This document shows, one piece after another, positions 9,848 to 20,725 of a stretch of DNA of 64,000 nt. The notes under the pieces were generated by a model. The model was not told where the DNA came from, made no database searches, and worked only from the letters and a program-made list of their open reading frames with translations. Made by a program: the position numbers and the translations under genes. Position 1 is the first letter of the stretch, and every line of letters begins with the position of its first letter. Origin of the DNA: Thainema sp. (GTDB taxonomy: Bacteria; Cyanobacteriota; Cyanobacteriia; Phormidesmidales; Phormidesmidaceae); assembly GCA_052168235.1 (NCBI GenBank), contig JBQLZK010000036.1, positions 1 through 64,000 of the forward strand, written 5' to 3'.

Positions 9848-11362
9848 TCAATCTGTTGATTTTTTTGATGCTTCGGCGTTATGGGCAGGTGTGGCCCCTG
9901 TACTGCGTACCCGCACGGCTTTACTGAGCAAATCGAACCAGAAAGACGACCCCATCGACAGAGCAATGCCCGTCACTAACCAGCCCAGAAACCGACGCGG
10001 CAACCAGAAGGGCCATAGTGCCTCATCCTGACGCTGCTGATCTAAAACAACGGGGCTACGCCCCAGCGGAATCGGTAGATTACTGGTCAATTCGTTCACT
10101 CGCTGGCGAATCGTGGCTGGATCAGGTTCCGCTTCTGGATTGGCCTGCTGCACCAGTTCAAGGCTGGCTTCTGAAATGAGCGATCGCACTGCCGGATCGC
10201 GAGCCAGCCGACTGGCCATATAGAACGTATCGGCATTGACAGTAACTGCGATCGCAAGGCCCAGTAAAAAAGCCACGCCCCGCGCATTGCGGCGGTAAAC
10301 GCCGCTGGCTCTGGCCATTGAGCGATCAAACCAAGTGGCAACTTCTGCCTGAAACTGTTCTAAGCGATTTTCCAAATCGTCCGCCTTCATCTCGGCCCGT
10401 TCCGCCAGTCGCAGCAGACTGTCCCGCAAGCGCACGGGGAGCTGATTCGGGTCAAGCTGTTCCAGCGCCGCCTGCAAATCCCGCAGTGTTTCTGGCGCAC
10501 CTTGCCCCTGGCGCAAAATCTGCACGCATTCCCGATAAAAGCTGCTCTTGCGGTCGAGCACGGTGATCAGCTCCGTCAGGCTTGGCTCAAGCTGCTTGAT
10601 CAACGCGATGCGATCGCTGTCTGTTCCATCCAGCACCCGCTTCAGTCGCTGGAGCCGATTGATCACGGTTTCCGTTAAGTATTCCTGTCCCGGCAGTTGC
10701 TGACCAGCATCGGCAATAAACAGCTCGATTTGCCGCAGCAGTCGCTCCAGCGTAGCGCTGAGATTAACCCGACCTTTTTCCAAATCGGCAATAATCTGGT
10801 CGAAATTCTCTTCTAGCGATCGCAGTTCGTCCTCCAGCAAAAACTCGTCTGCCAAACTCGCTCGCAAATCGGCCACGATGTGCCGAATCGGATCGCGCAG
10901 ATGGGCATTCACAAACTGCTGAAATCGCGCATTGGCCACCAGTCGCCCCAGATGATTAAACCCCAGCGTTCCGAGCAGCGTACTGGCAAAGGTTTCAGAC
11001 GGAATGTAGGACGGGCCGCTTTTCTGATCGCCAAACGTATTCCGCACGCGAAAAATCCCGCGATAAATGGCCCCAATTACCTGCGTAATCTGGCGAAAGA
11101 GATGGGCAATCGGGCCACGTCCTTCTTGATTCAGTCCTCGAATCAGCGGATTGCTGTAAAGCTGATTAGCTAATGCTTCCGCCTGTTGAAGTTGACTGTC
11201 GTTTTGGCCCGCCAGCAATAGCTCCACCGACCGCTTGAGATGCTCAGCCCGCCACTGGAGCAAGGTGCCAATGATTTCTTGAATCTCGGAGGCTAATAAA
11301 CTCAAGATCAAGTAAATAAAAATTAAGCCAACAGCAACTTCTAAAACGACAGGAATACTCAT
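9848..11362 (-). CDS. Conserved hypothetical membrane protein
   Basis: N-terminal TM helix, helical middle region, C-terminal TM segments (GWLVTGIALSMGSSFWFDLL). Confidence 0.8.
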   Translation of the reverse strand: MSIPVVLEVAVGLIFIYLILSLLASEIQEIIGTLLQWRAEHLKRSVELLLAGQNDSQLQQAEALANQLYSNPLIRGLNQEGRGPIAHLFRQITQVIGAIYRGIFRVRNTFGDQKSGPSYIPSETFASTLLGTLGFNHLGRLVANARFQQFVNAHLRDPIRHIVADLRASLADEFLLEDELRSLEENFDQIIADLEKGRVNLSATLERLLRQIELFIADAGQQLPGQEYLTETVINRLQRLKRVLDGTDSDRIALIKQLEPSLTELITVLDRKSSFYRECVQILRQGQGAPETLRDLQAALEQLDPNQLPVRLRDSLLRLAERAEMKADDLENRLEQFQAEVATWFDRSMARASGVYRRNARGVAFLLGLAIAVTVNADTFYMASRLARDPAVRSLISEASLELVQQANPEAEPDPATIRQRVNELTSNLPIPLGRSPVVLDQQRQDEALWPFWLPRRFLGWLVTGIALSMGSSFWFDLLSKAVRVRSTGATPAHNAEASKKSTD

Positions 11363-11549
11363 ATTCAGTTTCAATCGCAGTGGTGAAGCACCGAAAGTAT
11401 AGCGTTACCCGCTCAAATTGCAGCAACATCCGTAAAAGTCCCAGGGCATTACTGTAGGGTGCATTCGCGTAGCAATGCACCACATTCAAAAAGTGGTAGC
11501 AATGCACCACAACCAAAGAGTTACTACAGCATCTTAGTTTTCGGAAAGT

Positions 11550-12401
11550 TCATTGAATCAGCGATTTGAATTCGGGGTGCTGCTGGAGATTGTTGAAGCT
11601 GGCATCCGTGCGAGCCATCATGCGATAGAGGCCAGGGCTGAGGTCGATGGCTCGTCGGAGGTTGCAGATGGCCAGGTTAACTTGATTGCAGAGTGCGTAG
11701 GTGCTGGCCTTGCCGTACCAGGCATTGGGATTGTGGTGCTTGTATTTGAGGGAACAGTCGAAGCTTTTCAGCGCTTCTTCATAAGAACCAAGGCGATTCA
11801 AGACGACACCGCGATAGTTCCAGGCGTAGTAGCAGTCCTGCTTGATCATCACTGCTGTGTCGAGACTGTGCAGCGCTTCCCGATAGCGGCGCAGGGCTGC
11901 CAGAGCGATGCCTCGGTTATACCAGGCCCGGTAATTTTGGGGCTTGAGCGCCACTGTTTTGTCAAAACTTTCCGCTGCTTCCCGATACTGATAAATCCGA
12001 ATCAGCGCGTTGCCCCGGTTGTACCAAGCCTTTGGGTCATCCGGACGATATTTGAGCGCCTGATCAAAGCATTCAATGGCAATTTTGTACTGACCCAACT
12101 TGGCCAGGGAAATTCCTTTACCGTGCCAGGCCAGAGCATAGGTGGGCGAAATTTCTAGGCAGCGATCAAAACTTGCGATCGCAGCGTCGTAGGATTCCAT
12201 CTCGTAGAGGGCATATCCTCGATTGTTCCAAACCTCGTAGTTAGCGGGTTCAACCTCTAAAACCTTGTCAAAGCGGGAGATCGCTCCTTCGTAGCGTCCC
12301 AGTTCGTACAGCGCATTACCATGACTGCACCAGGCTTGAGAGTCTGTGGCTGTTTGGTCTGATTGGGTTGAGGTCGAAGAATCAAACACAGGAGATCCCA
12401 A
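11550..12401 (-). CDS. Tetratricopeptide repeat protein
   Basis: About 7 TPR units (AWxNRGxAL); non-ATG start, exact start uncertain. Confidence 0.9.
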   Translation of the reverse strand: MGSPVFDSSTSTQSDQTATDSQAWCSHGNALYELGRYEGAISRFDKVLEVEPANYEVWNNRGYALYEMESYDAAIASFDRCLEISPTYALAWHGKGISLAKLGQYKIAIECFDQALKYRPDDPKAWYNRGNALIRIYQYREAAESFDKTVALKPQNYRAWYNRGIALAALRRYREALHSLDTAVMIKQDCYYAWNYRGVVLNRLGSYEEALKSFDCSLKYKHHNPNAWYGKASTYALCNQVNLAICNLRRAIDLSPGLYRMMARTDASFNNLQQHPEFKSLIQ

Positions 12402-12900
12402 ATAGTAATGTAACGCCCTTTCTGAGTCCAGTGTTCCCAGTTTTTATCAATGCTTATAAAGTATCGCTGTAGAAAAAGATAAGCAAGGGTAAAGCTCAAT
12501 ACCTGGACTAAATTTTATCCAGTTGAACCCAAATCGAGCTGGAAATGCGGTTAAATACACGACTCAAAGCCCATTTACCAACTGGATTCTGCTGCTATAC
12601 ACTGTCTCAATTAGCCCCAACGACGCTATTTAAATCTAATTAACAAAGAACGTTGACTTACTAACGAAAAAATACGCTGTAAATCTAGCAAAGTTACGGA
12701 TTTTTCCTCCCTAGAAGAGGATGCTTTAGGTATTTCTGCTATTTGATATCAGTACTTTTAGCTAAAGCTTTAACCCGAAAGCTTTTATTTATTTATTATT
12801 TAAGTGTCCCACACCGTATATCTTTCAGGCAATAGCTCGTTTGCTACTCAAGCAAACATTCAATCTGCTTAATTTTACGTAGAGACCTCACGTTAATTGC

Positions 12901-12916
12901 TGTAACTGTGGCTACA
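12901..12916. promoter_or_regulatory. Putative NtcA-binding site
   Basis: TGTA-ACTGTGGC-TACA; TAAAAT lies 24 nt downstream on the minus strand (slightly long spacing). Confidence 0.4.
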
Positions 12917-12935
12917 AATCAAGGTGTTGCTGAAT

Positions 12936-15257
12936 CTACGAATTGATCACTCTTGACCGTGATTTGATGTGAGGTTTAGCGTGTGACATCACCGATGATA
13001 GCGGGCGCAGTGAACGACTCTGTTTCAGGTGATTCAGGGTGCGCTGGATGCGGGCGGCATTAACTTCATCCTGCTGGGCTACTAGGCATGCAACGGCCTG
13101 TTCCAAATCCGCGATCGCATCCCCAAGCCGCTCCATCTGGTGATAAATGGCGCTGCGGTAGCAATATAAAAAAGCCTTGTCGGGAGCCTGCTCAATGGCG
13201 CGGCTAATATCTGCGATCGCGGCTGAGAAATGGCCCTGCTGCTGATAAATTCGGCCCCGGTAGAACCACGCGATCGGCGAATTGGGATTGATTTCGATGG
13301 CGGCCTCAAAGCTCGTCAATGCGGCAGCCCAGTTGCCCTGCTCCATTTGGATCTTGCCTTGGTTACAGTAGGGCACGATTTGATAAGGCTGACACTGAAT
13401 GGCTTGGCTGAGGTCGGCTAAGGCTGCAGCGAGATGGCCCGAGTCGTAATAGGCTAGTCCTCGATTGTTGTAGGCCACGGCATCCCGTGGATAAAGGTGG
13501 ATTACCTGAGTGAAATCGGCAATGGCTCGGGACTGATCGCCTAAGTCGTAGTGGGTAACGCCGCGATTAAAAAAAGCGGCAGCATCCTGATCATCAATTC
13601 GAGAATGATGGAATCGCTGGATAAGCCGTCGCACAACGGTTGGATCGGTGGTTTGCAGCTTCAAGCCGACATTGGGAATGACGGCAGATTGGGTCAAAAT
13701 GCTGTGCAAACCGAGGACTGCAAAAGTGCGATCGCAGACCAAAAAATTCTCATCAGTGCCCAACACTTTGAAACGGAATCGATCGGCATAGCGCTGCTTC
13801 AAGGGCAGGAGCTGATTGAGCATCGATTGGAGATGCTGACGATGGCGCGGATAAGTATGCCACTGCTGCTGGATGGGAGCTAGCCAGCGGCCCTCTCTGC
13901 GATCGCCACGATGGCACCAGCCAATTTCAACCCGCACCCGTCGTTCGAGCAGCTGCTCTAGTTGGTGAATCACCCCAGCATCCAGTCCGTCTTGGTCTAA
14001 CCACGGCCAAACCAGCAAAACCTGATTCTGAGCCTGGGCCAAAATCGATTGCAGCATCTCATGGCTTGCATCGCTAGACGACTGCGCTGACTGATCCGCT
14101 TTCCCCCGGTTGATCACGCTGGCAAAATCAAACAGTAGTTGATGACGGTGGGTCTGCGCGAATTGCTGTTTCGTATTGAGCAATTCTGTTTCCGTATCGT
14201 CTACCCGTGACGAGAGAACCTGCACCTGCTGCTGAAGAGCAGCCATATCGAGTGCCGTCGGCAAATGATGAGCGATTTGCTGCATGATCGTCTGGACAGT
14301 GGCTTGCTCTGTCCCCAACTGCGCTTGCTGCATCAGCCCATCTAGTTGGGTTTGGAACTGCACAATTTCGGCCTGTAGACGATCAAACTGGATGGATTGA
14401 GCCCCCACCACATCAACCATACGCAGCTTTTCATTTAGCATGACCATTGCCTGCTGCAAATCATGCTGCTGCAGTTGTAGATTTTCGAGCTGATGGTTAA
14501 GGGTCATGAAGTCTCGCTTTGGCACCAGCTCGGTCAGCGACTTGATAATTTCAGTCACTTCCTGCTGCACCATGGTTAAGTCATTGGTGCGAATGAGCCA
14601 CTGAAGTTTCAGCCCCAGATCATCAATTTGATCTTGGAGGGGATGAATTGTGTTGCGAGCTTCGTGACTGACGCTTTCTAGCCCAACCCGGATTTGCACC
14701 GCTTCCATTTGCAGCTGGGTCAGAACCGCTTCTAAATGCTCTAGCCGTGACGGGGCTGGAATTTGGTGCAGTCGTGAGTAAACTTGTTTAATGCTCCATT
14801 CCATCTGGCTGTAGCGGTCTTGCAGATGCTCGGTTTCTTTGTGAATATGGCTGAGGTCAAAATGCTCCAGTTCCCATAAACAGCGATTCACCTGCTGCTG
14901 CAAATCGTCAACCCGATGCATGGCATCCTCCAGGATATGCTGATTGCGGTGGATGATGGCCTGCTGAAACTGATGAAAGGCTTCTGAAGAGGGCGAATCT
15001 TCCACCTGAGTTTCAACTTGTATCAGTCGCTGAAGCAGGTTAGCTTCGGTGTTGGCCAAACGGCCTCTGGTCTGAAATAGTGCCTGCTGCTGAAAGCGCT
15101 GGCGATTGGCGATGTTGCACCCAGCCAGCAGCGCTAGGGGTGCGATCGCAAACACCACGTTATGCAACACAACGGCAAGGGTGGTTCCTATTCCTGTCAG
15201 CAGGAGCAAGATGTATTCAGTCCAGTCTAGCCAGTGGCGCTTGCGGAGGATCAGCAT
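12936..15257 (-). CDS. Membrane-anchored coiled-coil / PLD-like / TPR protein
   Basis: Two N-terminal TM helices, Q/L-rich coiled coil, PLD-like core (VLLVWPWL...VEIGW...GTDENFLVCD), C-terminal TPRs. Confidence 0.8.
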   Translation of the reverse strand: MLILRKRHWLDWTEYILLLLTGIGTTLAVVLHNVVFAIAPLALLAGCNIANRQRFQQQALFQTRGRLANTEANLLQRLIQVETQVEDSPSSEAFHQFQQAIIHRNQHILEDAMHRVDDLQQQVNRCLWELEHFDLSHIHKETEHLQDRYSQMEWSIKQVYSRLHQIPAPSRLEHLEAVLTQLQMEAVQIRVGLESVSHEARNTIHPLQDQIDDLGLKLQWLIRTNDLTMVQQEVTEIIKSLTELVPKRDFMTLNHQLENLQLQQHDLQQAMVMLNEKLRMVDVVGAQSIQFDRLQAEIVQFQTQLDGLMQQAQLGTEQATVQTIMQQIAHHLPTALDMAALQQQVQVLSSRVDDTETELLNTKQQFAQTHRHQLLFDFASVINRGKADQSAQSSSDASHEMLQSILAQAQNQVLLVWPWLDQDGLDAGVIHQLEQLLERRVRVEIGWCHRGDRREGRWLAPIQQQWHTYPRHRQHLQSMLNQLLPLKQRYADRFRFKVLGTDENFLVCDRTFAVLGLHSILTQSAVIPNVGLKLQTTDPTVVRRLIQRFHHSRIDDQDAAAFFNRGVTHYDLGDQSRAIADFTQVIHLYPRDAVAYNNRGLAYYDSGHLAAALADLSQAIQCQPYQIVPYCNQGKIQMEQGNWAAALTSFEAAIEINPNSPIAWFYRGRIYQQQGHFSAAIADISRAIEQAPDKAFLYCYRSAIYHQMERLGDAIADLEQAVACLVAQQDEVNAARIQRTLNHLKQSRSLRPLSSVMSHAKPHIKSRSRVINS

Positions 15258-15499
15258 GGGAGTGGGTGAGGGGTAGATATGATGGCTCTTTTCCCTCTTT
15301 CCATCCCGCCACCGCACATCAGGATAAGCGACTTAATTTACCGAAAAACACGGAGAAAACTCAGCAACAAAGCGCAATAAAACTTGCTAAGCATCTCAAG
15401 TCTGCGTATGAGAATCCAGGAAATAGTCCCACCTTTATTAGCGCAAAACGCAGGGTGGTTTCGTTTAGACAGAGAATAATTTAGAACGATAAACGTTGC

Positions 15500-15527
15500 G
15501 TAGGGGCGAATGGCCATTCGCCCCTAC
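15500..15527. repeat. GTAG-family REP-like palindrome (others at 25193-25220, 30960-31026, 39490-39518, 43240-43311, 49765-49791, 63254-63282, 63451-63516)
   Basis: GTAGGGGCGAATGGCCATTCGCCCCTAC and related GTAG...CTAC hairpins. Confidence 0.85.
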
Positions 15528-15608
15528 CAGATCCGTGAAATGGCGACTTTAGAATTTATTTTGCAAAATGAAACCACCCTGCTTATTAGCGCAAGAAGCG
15601 CTATGGGA

Positions 15609-16064
15609 TCAGATCAGCAAATTAAACTCTTTGAGCGCAGGTAAAAAGTTTTTGTTTTCATGGCTGGGGCGACTGAGTTTAATCAGCGCAAATCGCTGCA
15701 GCGGTGTGAGCGACTGCCACTGTGATAGGTTAATCTGGGCATCAAACTCTTCAGCTTTCGCCTGAGTTTGCGGGGGAACGGTGGTGGCATCTAGCCAGTC
15801 TGGATTCGGATCAATATCCAGTGTTTTGGCCGGACTGCCGTTGTACTGTTCCACTAACGATTGAGTGCGATCGCAATAATCCTTCACTTCCCCTGGCGTT
15901 TCACAGGGCAAATTCACCAGCATTTCCCGTTCAGCCTGACTGAACTGGTGCCAGTGTTCCAGCTTCAGCTTCACACCACAGGTATCGAGCTTGTAGCGCA
16001 CCTGCATCGGAATGCAGCGGAGAGATTCAACAAAATCAGATTCAAACTTAAAAAATTCAGCCAT
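15609..16064 (-). CDS. narM: Nitrate reductase-associated maturation protein NarM
   Basis: FESDFVESLRCIPMQVRYKLDTCGVKLKL...LQRFALIKLSRPSHENKNF; downstream of narB. Confidence 0.88.
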   Translation of the reverse strand: MAEFFKFESDFVESLRCIPMQVRYKLDTCGVKLKLEHWHQFSQAEREMLVNLPCETPGEVKDYCDRTQSLVEQYNGSPAKTLDIDPNPDWLDATTVPPQTQAKAEEFDAQINLSQWQSLTPLQRFALIKLSRPSHENKNFLPALKEFNLLI

Positions 16065-16075
16065 CGGTTTCAGTC

Positions 16076-16543
16076 TTACTTCATCGAACGTCGCGGACTT
16101 GTGGCTCGAATGATCCAGTAGCTGATTGATAGAGCAAAAATCGCGACCGCAAGGCCAATGATTTTGGTTCCAGGCGTATTGTCAAAGTCCAGCACAATAA
16201 TTTTTCGCGCCACGGCAATCAGTGAAGTTGCCACTACTAACTCCACATGAATGGAATGATCACGCAGATAGGCCGTGACATTTTCGAGAATTTCCAGCGC
16301 AATCAGGATATTGAGAAACAGCCCAAAAATAGTGATCAAATCAACCGAAAATTGTCCATAGGGTACAACTAACAGCTCTTTCCCTAGAAAAACTATTAAG
16401 TTGATTACCGCCCCGATCAACACCAATACCATCGCAATCGAGAGGATCTTGGAAACAATTACCTCTACAGTTTGCACCAGGCTTAAAAACGTCTGATTGC
16501 GGGTTGCTCGACGGAAATATCGATAGGGAAGTCGCCATTTCAT
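16076..16543 (-). CDS. PsiE-family membrane protein
   Basis: 4 TM; LIALEILENV...VELVVATSLIAVARKII; between narB and narM. Confidence 0.85.
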   Translation of the reverse strand: MKWRLPYRYFRRATRNQTFLSLVQTVEVIVSKILSIAMVLVLIGAVINLIVFLGKELLVVPYGQFSVDLITIFGLFLNILIALEILENVTAYLRDHSIHVELVVATSLIAVARKIIVLDFDNTPGTKIIGLAVAIFALSISYWIIRATSPRRSMK

Positions 16544-16692
16544 GGTGGATTCAAAGCGGAATAGTACGGCAAAGGCTGCAACTATCCAACTTTACATGGA
16601 ATTTGCCGACTCTTATATACGAAACGATTAACCTAGTCATTAGCCACAGCATCAATGGAAGTCTCTGGCTATTGAGACCTCCACTCCATCAG

Positions 16693-18930
16693 TCACCTGA
16701 GCGGGGTCACCAGATTGGAACGCGAAATTGCCGCTTCCTCCTCTTTCTCTTGGTAATCGTCTCGATGGGTACTCAGCGGCACAAGCTGCACTGCGCAAGC
16801 TTTCAGCTCTGGCTGCAGGGAATCAGGACAGGCAGCAGAATGGGTCATGGCATTCGCTTCGGCATAATCGGCCCAGAGTGCGCCCCAGTGCATCGGCACA
16901 AATACCGTTCCAGGCGTAATCGCTTTGGTAACTTTCACCTCAAAGCGGCCAAATCCGCGCCGCGATCGCACTTCAACCCAATCTTGATCGTCAACTGCTA
17001 ATCGATCCGCATCTTTAGGATGAATCTCAATAAACGGCTTCGGATGCATTTTGGTGATCTTCTCGATCCGTCCGGTGCGGCTTTGGGTGTGCCAGTGGCC
17101 GTAGAGCCGTCCCACAGTGAGCACAAAAGGATAATCCGGATCGGGCGGTTCTGCCAAACCTTTGGCGTGATAGGCACCAAATTTAGCTCGACCATCGGGC
17201 GTCAGAAACTGCAAGTTCGTGTAGAGCCGCTTCGCACCTCGTGCGGCTGGCGTTTCATCCTGAGTCGAACTATCGGGACAGGGCCACTGAATCGGGCCTT
17301 CTCGCCGTAGTCGTTCGTGGTTGAGTCCGGTCATATCACAAATGCGATCGCGGGTCAGCTGCACAAACTCAGCATAGACTTCGGCGCTGGAGTTAAACCA
17401 AAATTCTTTTTCAAAGCCCAGACGGCGACCGATTTCAGCAAAAATCTTCCAGTCAGCCTTGGCATCACCAACCGGATCACGAAACGCCGGACAGAGCGTC
17501 ACCATTCGTTCTGAATTGGTCATCACGCCCGTTTTCTCGCCCCACTGCGCCGCTGGTAAGAGCACATGGGCATAATCAGCGGTTTCGGTGGGATAGTAGG
17601 CATCCTGATAGATCGTGAACGGCGACTGGCGCAGGGCAGCCTGTGTCCGTTTTATATCGGGCATACTGACAGCGGGATTTGTGGCCGCAATCCACAGTGC
17701 GCCAACGGTGCCGTCTTCCAGCCCCGTGATCATATCCCAAGCAGTGAGGCCGGGAGTGGCCGGAATGCGGCCTTCCGGTAAACCCCAAAGCTGCTCCACC
17801 TGGCGACGATGCTCTGGATTTTTCACGACCCGGTATCCCGGCAGGATGTGCGACAATCCACCCGCTTCCCGTCCGCCCATTGCGTTCGGTTGCCCCGTCA
17901 GCGAGAATGGCCCCGCGCCTGGCTTGCCAATATTGGAGGTCATCAGGTGCAGATTAATCAGCGTCCGAACCTTGGCAGTACCCTCACTCGACTGATTAAT
18001 GCCCATCGACCAAAGCGACAGCACTCGCTCCGACTCAGCCCAGTAGCGAGCCGCTTTTTCTAAATCACTCATGGAAATGCCGCACTGTTGCGCCACCAAC
18101 TCCGGCGGATAGTGACGAATCACCTCAGCATAGTCTGAGAAACCCTTCGTACATTCATCAATAAAGATTGTATCCAGCGTTCCCCACCGCATCAGCAGGT
18201 GGGCGATACCGTTAAGTAATTGAATATCCGTACCGGGTTTAATCGCCAGATGTAGGTCGGCGGCCTCAGCGGTTTCGGTACGGCGCGGATCAACCACAAT
18301 CATCTTGACGCTGCGACTTTTCTTGTGGTGCCGCCGCAGCCGATTAAACACAATTGGGTGACATTCAGCCGTATTGGTGCCAATTAGAAAGGCAAAGTCC
18401 GTCTCTTCCAAATCGTCATAGGTACAGGGTGGGCCATCGGTACCGAAGCTCTGAATATATCCGGCCACAGCAGATGACATGCAGAGCCGCGAATTAGCGT
18501 CAAAGTTATTGGTGCCGAGACAGCCTTTCAGTAGCTTCTGTGCGGTGTAATAGTCCTCGGTTTGAAACTGGCCAGAACCATACATACAGATGGCATCTGC
18601 ACCCTGAGTATCGAGCACCTGACGCAGCCGAGTGGCGATGTGATCATAGGCTTCTGCCCAGGAAACGCGCTGAAATGGCTCATCCAGCGAATAGCGCAGC
18701 ATCGGGTACTTGAGCCGATCTTTGTCGATCGCTTCAGCAATGGTGGCCCCCTTTACACAAACGAGTCCCTTGCTCGATGGATGGTTGCGATCGCCCCGCA
18801 CTTGCCAGGTCGGATTACCTTGTTTATCGCGATTGACGGCTTTTCCCGGTAGTGCTGGGGGCAAAACTTCCAAACCACAACCAACGCCACAGTATGGACA
18901 GAGAGTTTTGGTCGGGGTGGGTGCTGTCAT
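16693..18930 (-). CDS. narB: Ferredoxin-dependent nitrate reductase
   Basis: CPYCGVGCG...LCVKG 4Fe-4S motif, [23 protein letters not shown]. Confidence 0.97.
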   Translation of the reverse strand: MTAPTPTKTLCPYCGVGCGLEVLPPALPGKAVNRDKQGNPTWQVRGDRNHPSSKGLVCVKGATIAEAIDKDRLKYPMLRYSLDEPFQRVSWAEAYDHIATRLRQVLDTQGADAICMYGSGQFQTEDYYTAQKLLKGCLGTNNFDANSRLCMSSAVAGYIQSFGTDGPPCTYDDLEETDFAFLIGTNTAECHPIVFNRLRRHHKKSRSVKMIVVDPRRTETAEAADLHLAIKPGTDIQLLNGIAHLLMRWGTLDTIFIDECTKGFSDYAEVIRHYPPELVAQQCGISMSDLEKAARYWAESERVLSLWSMGINQSSEGTAKVRTLINLHLMTSNIGKPGAGPFSLTGQPNAMGGREAGGLSHILPGYRVVKNPEHRRQVEQLWGLPEGRIPATPGLTAWDMITGLEDGTVGALWIAATNPAVSMPDIKRTQAALRQSPFTIYQDAYYPTETADYAHVLLPAAQWGEKTGVMTNSERMVTLCPAFRDPVGDAKADWKIFAEIGRRLGFEKEFWFNSSAEVYAEFVQLTRDRICDMTGLNHERLRREGPIQWPCPDSSTQDETPAARGAKRLYTNLQFLTPDGRAKFGAYHAKGLAEPPDPDYPFVLTVGRLYGHWHTQSRTGRIEKITKMHPKPFIEIHPKDADRLAVDDQDWVEVRSRRGFGRFEVKVTKAITPGTVFVPMHWGALWADYAEANAMTHSAACPDSLQPELKACAVQLVPLSTHRDDYQEKEEEAAISRSNLVTPLR

Positions 18931-19079
18931 AGTTCCTCCGCAATGGCCGATGCAGCTTTCTTATGAGACTAAGAGACTGGAGCCTAGACTATGCCAAGCC
19001 CCAGTCCGATGGAGTTCAACGCGAACGAATTGCACGAGGCATCAAGTAGAACGTTGATAGAACGGTTCGTAAACGCTCA

Positions 19080-20624
19080 CTAAATGACGCGAGACTCGCC
19101 ATCTGCAAAGGCAGGTACGCCCTCAGTATGATATTCTTCCTCGCCTTCATGAAACTCTGCAAAGGAACCTTTCGGCTCGTTCAGGACGAAGGCACAGAGG
19201 AAGCCAACGATGAGCGAGGCAATCCCTAGTGTCTGGAAGAAGATAGCGTTACCAACCGCACCTTCAGGCAGGAAGCTGTAGAGCGTCAGGTAGCAAACCG
19301 CACCCACGTTACCGTATGCACCGACGTTACCCGCAATCTGGCCCGTGACGCGGCGCTTAATCAGCGGCACGATGGCAAAGGTGGAGCCTTCACCCGCCTG
19401 GACGAAGAAGGAGCAAGCCATCGTCAAGATAACCGCAGCGGGCAGCCACCAGCCGGAACCCACGCTACCCATCATCAGGTAGCCGATACCCATACCTAAA
19501 GTGAGAACCGCCATTGTCCACTTGCGGCTACCCAGCTTATCCGAAATTAAGCCGCCACCCGGACGAGACATCAGGTTCATGAACGCGTAGCTAGCCGCAA
19601 TCATCCCGGCAGCCGCTTTGCTCAAGCCAAAGGTCAACTCAAAGAAGGCGGGCAGCATCGAAACAACCGCTAGCTCAGAACCAAAGTTAACAACGTAGGT
19701 GAGTTCGAGAATAGCAACCTGTTTGAACTGATAGCGATCTTCTGCTGGATAAACCTTGCGACCCGTCATCAGGTCACTGTTTACGCTCCATGCCTTGTAT
19801 GCCTGGAATGCGTAGAGAGCCGCTAAACCAGCCCAGATGACGTACAGCGTTCCTTGACCATAGAGTCCAACTTTGGTTAAGCGCCAAGCCAGGAGAGCCA
19901 ACACGCCGATTAAAGGTACATTCATGGCTAACAGGAACCAGAAGTCGCGCTTGGAGGTGACTTCCATGCCGCCGTGACGACTGGGGCGCTGATAGGTGCG
20001 GCCTTCAGGGGTGTCACTAACGCTGAAGAAGTAGAATACACCGTAGAGAGCAGCGATGATACCTGTACCTGCGATCGCAGCTCGCCAGTTGAGCAGAGCT
20101 TCACCACCAGCAGCCGGAGCGCCGAACGCCAGCCAAGCCGCAATGGTCGGGAGGGTGAATGCCGCAGCCGCTGAACCGAAGTTACCCCAGCCGCCATAGA
20201 TGCCTTCCGCAGTTCCAATTTCCTTGGGTGGGAACCACTCTGCAACCATACGGATGCCGATTACAAAGCCTGCGCCGACGATACCCAACAGCAGACGGCC
20301 AATCACCAAGCCTGTGAAGTCCTGAGCCGCTGCGAAGATGAAACAGGGAATCGCCGCATAAACCAGCAGGACTGAATAGGTAATCCGAGGGCCAAACTTG
20401 TCCAGCAGCATGCCGATGATAATCCGGGCTGGGACTGTCAAAGCTACGTTACAGATAGCTAGAGTCCGAATTTGGGTAACTTCGAGGCCCATATCTTCAG
20501 CAACCGCAGTTGCCAATGGCGCAAAGTTAAACCAAACAACGAACGATAAGAAAAAAGCAAACCAAGTTAAATGTAAGACGCGGTAGCGACCGTGCGTCGC
20601 TCTCGTTACTAGCTCCGTGAGCAT
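19080..20624 (-). CDS. nrtP: MFS nitrate/nitrite permease
   Basis: NarK/NRT2 signature (GIYGGWGNFG; AGNVGAYGNVG); between nirA and narB. Confidence 0.93.
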   Translation of the reverse strand: MLTELVTRATHGRYRVLHLTWFAFFLSFVVWFNFAPLATAVAEDMGLEVTQIRTLAICNVALTVPARIIIGMLLDKFGPRITYSVLLVYAAIPCFIFAAAQDFTGLVIGRLLLGIVGAGFVIGIRMVAEWFPPKEIGTAEGIYGGWGNFGSAAAAFTLPTIAAWLAFGAPAAGGEALLNWRAAIAGTGIIAALYGVFYFFSVSDTPEGRTYQRPSRHGGMEVTSKRDFWFLLAMNVPLIGVLALLAWRLTKVGLYGQGTLYVIWAGLAALYAFQAYKAWSVNSDLMTGRKVYPAEDRYQFKQVAILELTYVVNFGSELAVVSMLPAFFELTFGLSKAAAGMIAASYAFMNLMSRPGGGLISDKLGSRKWTMAVLTLGMGIGYLMMGSVGSGWWLPAAVILTMACSFFVQAGEGSTFAIVPLIKRRVTGQIAGNVGAYGNVGAVCYLTLYSFLPEGAVGNAIFFQTLGIASLIVGFLCAFVLNEPKGSFAEFHEGEEEYHTEGVPAFADGESRVI

Positions 20625-20725
20625 GTCACACCTTCCTAAATCATCAGCGAGCAAAACAGTGAGTACTAGGGGCAAATCCTGCTCGAAAACTTACCCCGTG
20701 CGATTGTGCTGTCCTATTGGAGAAG

